A stretch of DNA of 64,000 nucleotides from an uncultured Methanosarcinales archaeon (GTDB taxonomy: Archaea > Nanobdellota > Nanobdellia > Woesearchaeales > WJKL01). Every line of letters begins with the position of its first letter. Position 1 is the first letter of the stretch. A model generated the notes under the pieces. It was not told where the DNA came from and searched no databases. It saw only the letters and a program-made list of their open reading frames with translations. The DNA is taken from NCBI GenBank assembly GCA_964521755.1, contig CAZFSZ010000002.1, forward strand, positions 7,549 through 71,548. The letters are read 5' to 3'. Positions 59,110 to 64,000 of the stretch are shown piece after piece. A program made the translations under genes and the position numbers.

Positions 59110-59783
59110 TGAATTCTTCAAGAATAAAAAACATCAGAAAAGCTTGCTCTATAACTGATGAGATTTTTTCTCTGATAATCAAAAATCTAGAGAACAGCAA
59201 TCTTAAGACAGAAAAACAGATAGATAAATTTATCAGAAGCCAGATAAGAAAAAGAAAACTAAAGATTGCTTTTCCTCCGATTATTGCTTCTGGAAAAAGG
59301 TCTGCAAAAATACATCCCAAACCGACCAAATATAAAATCAAAAGAGGCTTCATTGTCCTTGATTTTGGAGTAAGGTACATGGGATATTGTTCTGACATGA
59401 CCAGGACAATATACAAAGGAAAACCATCTAAAAAAGAAAATGATATCTACAATAATCTCCTTTCAATCCAAAAATCTGCAGTAAAAAAAGCAAAACCAGG
59501 TATAGAATGCTTTGAGATAGATTACTTTGTAAGAAAAAGACTAAAAAAACAAAGAGAATACTTTCTCCATTCTTTGGGCCATGGTGTGGGCAAAAAGATA
59601 CACCAGCCTCCAAACCTAAGCCCAAAAACATCTGAAATTTTAAAAAAAGGAGATATAGTCACTGTAGAGCCCGGTATTTATATCAAAAACAATTACGGGT
59701 TAAGGATTGAAGATACGGTCTTGGTCAAAGATAATCCAGAGCCTCTGACAAAATCTACAAAAAGATTGATTTCGATTAAATGA
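59109..59783 (+). CDS. M24-family metallopeptidase, catalytic pita-bread domain only (Xaa-Pro aminopeptidase-like)
   Basis: ...LRKACSITDEIF...GFIVLDFGVRYMGYCSDMTRT...HSLGHGVGKKIHQPP...VTVEPGIY...RIEDTVLV carries the metal-ligand pattern D, D, H, E, E of M24. Confidence 0.7.
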   Translation: MNSSRIKNIRKACSITDEIFSLIIKNLENSNLKTEKQIDKFIRSQIRKRKLKIAFPPIIASGKRSAKIHPKPTKYKIKRGFIVLDFGVRYMGYCSDMTRTIYKGKPSKKENDIYNNLLSIQKSAVKKAKPGIECFEIDYFVRKRLKKQREYFLHSLGHGVGKKIHQPPNLSPKTSEILKKGDIVTVEPGIYIKNNYGLRIEDTVLVKDNPEPLTKSTKRLISIK

Positions 59784-59795
59784 TATCTTTACAAA

Positions 59796-60404
59796 ATGAA
59801 AAAAAAAATTGAGATAAAGGGAATAATATTTGATTACGGCGGTGTTCTTTCTCCTCCAGGTTCATTGCACCCTATCTGTGAAAGGTTTGCTCCAGAATAT
59901 GAAGTAGATATAGAAAAAATGCACCAGGTTTTGGTTGAAAATTGGCATAAAGCTAGGGTTAAAGAAATTGATGATGAAAAATTTTGGAAAAACTTGGCTG
60001 ATTTTTTAGGTACAGATCAAAAAAGCTTTAGAAAAAATTTTATGAAATATCCTCAATTTGATGAAAAACTTTTTGAGCTGATCAAAAGATTAAAAAAACA
60101 TTATAAGATAGGGTTGTTATCTAACCATATAAAAAGCTGGCTTGGAGAAGATATAAAGAAAAATCGTCTTGACGAGATATTTGATGTTATTGTTACTTCT
60201 TATGATGCAAAACTTGCAAAACCGGATATCAAAATATTTGAAATTATGATAAAAAAGATAGGATTAAAGCCCGAGGAATGTGTCTATGTCGATGATATGG
60301 AAAAAAATATGGTTCCTTCTTTAAAGATAGGCATGCACAGCATCCTTTATACTGGTTTAGGCCAGCTTAAGAAAGAATTAAAAAATCTTGGGATTAAAGT
60401 TTGA
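59796..60404 (+). CDS. HAD-superfamily hydrolase (subfamily IA-like)
   Basis: Motif I IIFDYGGVL, motif II LLSN, motif III K (KLAKPD), motif IV YVDDMEKN. Confidence 0.65.
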   Translation: MKKKIEIKGIIFDYGGVLSPPGSLHPICERFAPEYEVDIEKMHQVLVENWHKARVKEIDDEKFWKNLADFLGTDQKSFRKNFMKYPQFDEKLFELIKRLKKHYKIGLLSNHIKSWLGEDIKKNRLDEIFDVIVTSYDAKLAKPDIKIFEIMIKKIGLKPEECVYVDDMEKNMVPSLKIGMHSILYTGLGQLKKELKNLGIKV

Positions 60405-61467
60405 AATTAAACTTCCCGTCCTTCTGTATCAATTTTCCATCGAGGAATATCTTTCCTCCTCTTCTAAGGTCTTTTATCATATCCCAGTGCACTGCAGACT
60501 TGTTTTTCCCTCCTCCTTCAGGATACGCCATCCCTAAAGCAAGGTGTATTGTTCCCCCTATCTTCTCGTCAAACAATATCTGCTTTATAAATTCCTTGAT
60601 ATTGTAATTAAGGCCTATTCCAAACTCGCCTAATTTATTGCTTCCCTTATCTGTCTTTATCATCTCTTTTAGGAATTTCTCTCCTTTTTCTGCCTTTACC
60701 TCCACAACTTTCCCTTTGTGGAATCTTAAGAATACTCCGCTTACCTCTCTGCCCCTATATATTGCAGGATATGTATATTTTATATATCCTTCAGTTGAAT
60801 TTTCAACAGGAGCTATAAAAACCTCTCCGTCAGGCATGTTTCTGTGTCCGTCGCATTTTATTCCCTGTCTTCCTTTTATGCTGAAGCTTATATCTGTTTT
60901 TTCTCCTGTTATCCTTACTTCATTTGCTTTATCTAATCTTTTCTTTAATTTATTCTGTCTTTTGCTTTCTTTTTTCCAGTCTACTAAACAGGCATTATAT
61001 ACAAAATCCTCTATCTCTTCTAAACTCATCTCAGCATCCTGTGCAAGGCTGTGGGTTGGAAACTTGCAGATTATCCAGTTGTTTTTTTTGATATATACGT
61101 CGCTTATCCTTTTTGTGACTTTATTCCTCAATGCTATCTTTTTTGGATCAATCCTTGTCAACTCTTTAGTATTATAATCCCCGCCTATATTTATTGATCC
61201 TGTGGCTTTCTTTGCTTCATACATCCCTAGCTGCGGAAAATGTTTCAGCTGGGTATTAGAAGCGTTTTTATAATAAGCATAGCTAAAGCCGGGAACTCCT
61301 GCATGCACAATAGGGTAGGCGCCTTTTCTCAATATTTCCTTGTATACTTCCAAAGCCAGTTCTTTTGCTCCGACCCCAAAATTCAGCTCTATCATATCTC
61401 CTTTCTTAATATTTACAGAATAATCAACAAGAATTTTCGCTAGTTTTTTTGCTCTTGGATCTGCCAT
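60394..61467 (-). CDS. M29-family aminopeptidase (aminopeptidase T/AmpS-like)
   Basis: N-terminal KKLAKILVDYSVNIKKGDMIEL, then ...GEVFIAPVE...GTIHLALG...AVHWDMI, typical of thermophilic metalloprotease M29. Confidence 0.7.
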   Translation of the reverse strand: MADPRAKKLAKILVDYSVNIKKGDMIELNFGVGAKELALEVYKEILRKGAYPIVHAGVPGFSYAYYKNASNTQLKHFPQLGMYEAKKATGSINIGGDYNTKELTRIDPKKIALRNKVTKRISDVYIKKNNWIICKFPTHSLAQDAEMSLEEIEDFVYNACLVDWKKESKRQNKLKKRLDKANEVRITGEKTDISFSIKGRQGIKCDGHRNMPDGEVFIAPVENSTEGYIKYTYPAIYRGREVSGVFLRFHKGKVVEVKAEKGEKFLKEMIKTDKGSNKLGEFGIGLNYNIKEFIKQILFDEKIGGTIHLALGMAYPEGGGKNKSAVHWDMIKDLRRGGKIFLDGKLIQKDGKFNFKL

Positions 61468-61588
61468 AATTTTAGCTAACCCTTTACCTATTTAAACCTT
61501 TTTGTTTAAAAAAACCTCATAAAGTGCAAATATAAAAAAACAAAAAGAACAATAACCTTTATATACCATCCAAATCTAAATCAAAATA

Positions 61589-62722
61589 ATGACTGCAAAA
61601 GAGAAAGAGATGGAAAAAGTAATTTATTCCTATACAACCAGCTCCAATGAACTAGAAGAAGAAAACAAGATACTAAAGGAAACGATAAAAAAACTAAAAG
61701 AAGAGTTGGATAGTTTTAAAAAAACTCCTCTGATGATATGTACAGTAAAAGATTTGATTGAAAAAAAAGCTATTATCCAGATTCCTAATGGAAATCAATT
61801 CTATGTTGAAAATACTTCAAAAGAGAAATTAAAACCGGGAGATTCTGTCTTGGTTGACCAAAAAAGTCTTGCTATAATCAAGAAAATACCAAAATCAAAA
61901 AAATTCTCTGTTGAATCTTTTGTCATAATTGAAAAACCTACAATAGATTGGAAAGATATTGGGGGACTAGAAGATCAAACTTTGGACATCAAAGAAGTGG
62001 TAGAACTTCCTCTCCAAAAACCAGAACTGTTCAAAAAAGTAGGAATAAAACCTCCAAAAGGTATACTTCTTCATGGTCCTCCTGGAACAGGAAAGACTAT
62101 GCTCGCCAAAGCAGTAGCTGCTTCAACAGATTCTACATTTATTGAGATAGTAGCTTCTGAATTAGTCCAAAAATTCATAGGGGAAGGAGCTAAACTTGTA
62201 AAAGAAGTTTTTCAGCTGGCAAGAGAAAAAGCTCCTGCGGTTGTTTTCATCGATGAGGTAGACGCATTGGCTTCCAAAAGGATAGAGATAGGCACTTCAG
62301 GTGAAAGAGAAGTGCAGAGAACCTTTATGCAGCTTCTTGCTGAAATAGATGGATTCAAGCCTCTTGATAATGTTAAGATCATAGGGGCAACAAACCGGAA
62401 AGATATTCTTGACCCTGCAGTAACCAGACCAGGAAGGCTTGATAGGTTAATTCATTGTGATCTGCCTGATGCAAAAGCTAGAAAAGAGATATTCAGGATA
62501 CATTCAAAAGATATGACTTTAAAAAAGGGCCTTCCCTACAAAGATATAATCAAAAGGATGGAAAATTTCTCTGGAGCTGAGATAAAATCAGTATGTACAG
62601 AAGCGGGTTATTTTGCTATAAGAGAAAACAGAACCTCCATAAACAAGCAGGATTTCTTTAAGGCAATTACTAAAGTAAGGCAGGAAGAAGAGTCAGAAGA
62701 GCATAAAAGGATGTTTGGTTAG
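61589..62722 (+). CDS. pan: proteasome-activating nucleotidase-like AAA+ ATPase (PAN/Rpt family)
   Basis: N-terminal coiled coil plus OB domain. Walker A GPPGTGKTMLAKAVA, Walker B VVFIDEVDA, second region of homology. C-terminus ends ...HKRMFG, not a canonical HbYX. Confidence 0.8.
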   Translation: MTAKEKEMEKVIYSYTTSSNELEEENKILKETIKKLKEELDSFKKTPLMICTVKDLIEKKAIIQIPNGNQFYVENTSKEKLKPGDSVLVDQKSLAIIKKIPKSKKFSVESFVIIEKPTIDWKDIGGLEDQTLDIKEVVELPLQKPELFKKVGIKPPKGILLHGPPGTGKTMLAKAVAASTDSTFIEIVASELVQKFIGEGAKLVKEVFQLAREKAPAVVFIDEVDALASKRIEIGTSGEREVQRTFMQLLAEIDGFKPLDNVKIIGATNRKDILDPAVTRPGRLDRLIHCDLPDAKARKEIFRIHSKDMTLKKGLPYKDIIKRMENFSGAEIKSVCTEAGYFAIRENRTSINKQDFFKAITKVRQEEESEEHKRMFG

Positions 62723-62761
62723 ATTTGTTTTCTTGGTTTTAATGATTTATAATTTGAATTT

Positions 62762-62838
62762 GTGCAGTGCTACCCAGTTACTTCCGTTCATCATCCTTTC
62801 GTCAGTCGGTGTTCACATGGATCATCGCACTGTTGCAC
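62762..62838 (-). ncRNA. possible small structured RNA (box C/D-like elements AUGAUGA and CUGA on minus strand) or bidirectional terminator hairpin
   Basis: GC-rich 77-nt island in a convergent intergenic region. Terminal stem GUGCAACAGUGC/GCACUGCAC. The minus strand carries GAUGAUC...CUGA...AUGAUGA.... Confidence 0.2.
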
Positions 62839-62895
62839 TTCCAAAGGATTTCCTTTTATAATATTAAAATCTGCGCCCTTATAAAACTTATGTAA

Positions 62896-63741
62896 TCAAG
62901 AAATAACCTTAAAATCCACACACAGCCTATACTCTCTTGGACCTACTTGCCCGCATTTCACTGTCCTTAATATCCTGCACCTTTTCTTTAATTTTCTGCA
63001 GGCTTCCTTAACCTTTTCCTTTGCAAGATCTATATCTTTTTCATGCTCAAAATCATAGAAATGTATCCTTCCGTCCTTTTTTGCTGCTTTCAGTGCAATA
63101 TCCAAGAACCCTTCCCCTTCCTTGGGCAGAGGCATCAAAATCCTGTCAAACTTCTTCCTTAGCCTGGGAACAACCATCCTTACATCACCGTTGTACAGCT
63201 TAACTTTCCCCTCTAACTTGTTTAGCTTTATATTTTCTTCTGCATATGCATGTGCAGCAGGATTTATCTCAACCCCATAAACTTCTTTTACATCTGTATT
63301 CTTTGCTATAACAAGACAATATGGCGCAACTCCTGAAAACATGACCAGCACTTCCTCGCCTTTCTTTATCTGTTTCATTATTCTTTTTCTTTCTGTGCTT
63401 AACCTTACTGAAAAATAAACCTTCTCAATATCCAGCTTTATCTCTACATTGTTCTCTTTGTGCACTGTTTCTTTTCTGTCTTTCCCAGCCAAGATAAACA
63501 TCTTTTGGATTCTGTATATTCCCTTGTGAATCCCGGCTTTCTTGACCACAACATTGATATTTTTGTGCAGGTTAAGCAGGGTTTTTGCAATGATCTTCTC
63601 CTTTTTCTCTAGTTCGGCGGGAATTTCAATTATTGCTATATCCCCTACCATATCATAGCTTGTAACAACTAAAGAAAGCTCTTTCTTGCTTAATTTATTC
63701 TTTAATGCTTGTTTTAAACTGGTTGGTTTTTTCTTTTTCAT
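62896..63741 (-). CDS. Trm5/Taw2-like class I SAM-dependent tRNA methyltransferase (Met-10+ family)
   Basis: VLVMFSGVAPYCLVIAK (SAM-binding DhFAGhG-like), VEINPAAHAYAEENIKLN (NPxA motif), C-terminal Cys residues. Confidence 0.6.
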   Translation of the reverse strand: MKKKKPTSLKQALKNKLSKKELSLVVTSYDMVGDIAIIEIPAELEKKEKIIAKTLLNLHKNINVVVKKAGIHKGIYRIQKMFILAGKDRKETVHKENNVEIKLDIEKVYFSVRLSTERKRIMKQIKKGEEVLVMFSGVAPYCLVIAKNTDVKEVYGVEINPAAHAYAEENIKLNKLEGKVKLYNGDVRMVVPRLRKKFDRILMPLPKEGEGFLDIALKAAKKDGRIHFYDFEHEKDIDLAKEKVKEACRKLKKRCRILRTVKCGQVGPREYRLCVDFKVIS

Positions 63742-64000
63742 ATTATAATCAGATAAGCTCCTGCTATCATAAGTATAGAAATAAAAAATCTAAAATATAT
63801 ATACTTTTCGTGAAAAAAATTTCCTCCGATAAAAACAATAAACAGTGTAGACAGCATAACTATAGGTGAAACCAAAGAAACATATGCTATCGATATCGCT
63901 TTAAGATACATGAGGTTCATTATCATTGAAAGCCCTCCGACTAAAATCGGAAGATAACTCAATTTCCTAAAACATTCAATAGTATCTTTAAATCCATATT
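63738..64000 (-). CDS. membrane protein, N-terminally truncated by window edge (possibly EamA/DMT-like)
   Basis: The frame stays open on the minus strand from 63738 through 64000. The track start at 63962 is a TTG codon, not ATG. Hydrophobic, with ...IVFIGGNFFHEK... Confidence 0.35.
   Translation of the reverse strand, partial: YGFKDTIECFRKLSYLPILVGGLSMIMNLMYLKAISIAYVSLVSPIVMLSTLFIVFIGGNFFHEKYIYFRFFISILMIAGAYLIII

Overview
The window reads as a low-GC, gene-dense fragment of a reduced archaeal genome, most plausibly a DPANN-type lineage. Supporting features are an archaeal-type ribosomal protein supercluster (23359-38982: L3-L4-L23-L2-S19-L22-S3-L29-SUI1-Rpp29-S17-L14-L24-S4e-L5-S14-S8-L6-L32e-L19e-L18-S5-L30-L15-SecY-DUF106-L34e-L14e), archaeal PheS/PheT, TyrRS, PCNA, RFC small subunit, Hef, Pelota, PAN, NAC and Sec61beta. 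Non-ORF features found by reading the DNA: an RNase P RNA (1628-1973, minus strand, hidden under a spurious ORF), a 160-nt tRNA-Leu(CAA) candidate that appears to carry two introns, a 19x AAT microsatellite, exact tandem duplications inside two genes, and a tandem hairpin pair upstream of a standalone Cas4-like nuclease. Notable accessory content: a bacterial-type GyrA, a ScpA-like/ScpB pair, a lamin-tail-domain surface protein with a PGF-CTERM-like anchor, an orphan AmmeMemoRadiSam-type radical SAM enzyme, three tandem paralogous small coiled-coil proteins of unknown function, a eukaryote-like MTH1/NUDT1 Nudix gene interrupted by an in-frame TAG at a conserved Trp codon, a fused PriS-PriL(CTD) primase, and a cell-surface cluster (46837-52936) with three paralogous lipoproteins. 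No CRISPR array or obvious mobile element was found. All calls rest on motif-level reading of the translations and sequence; no database searches were run.
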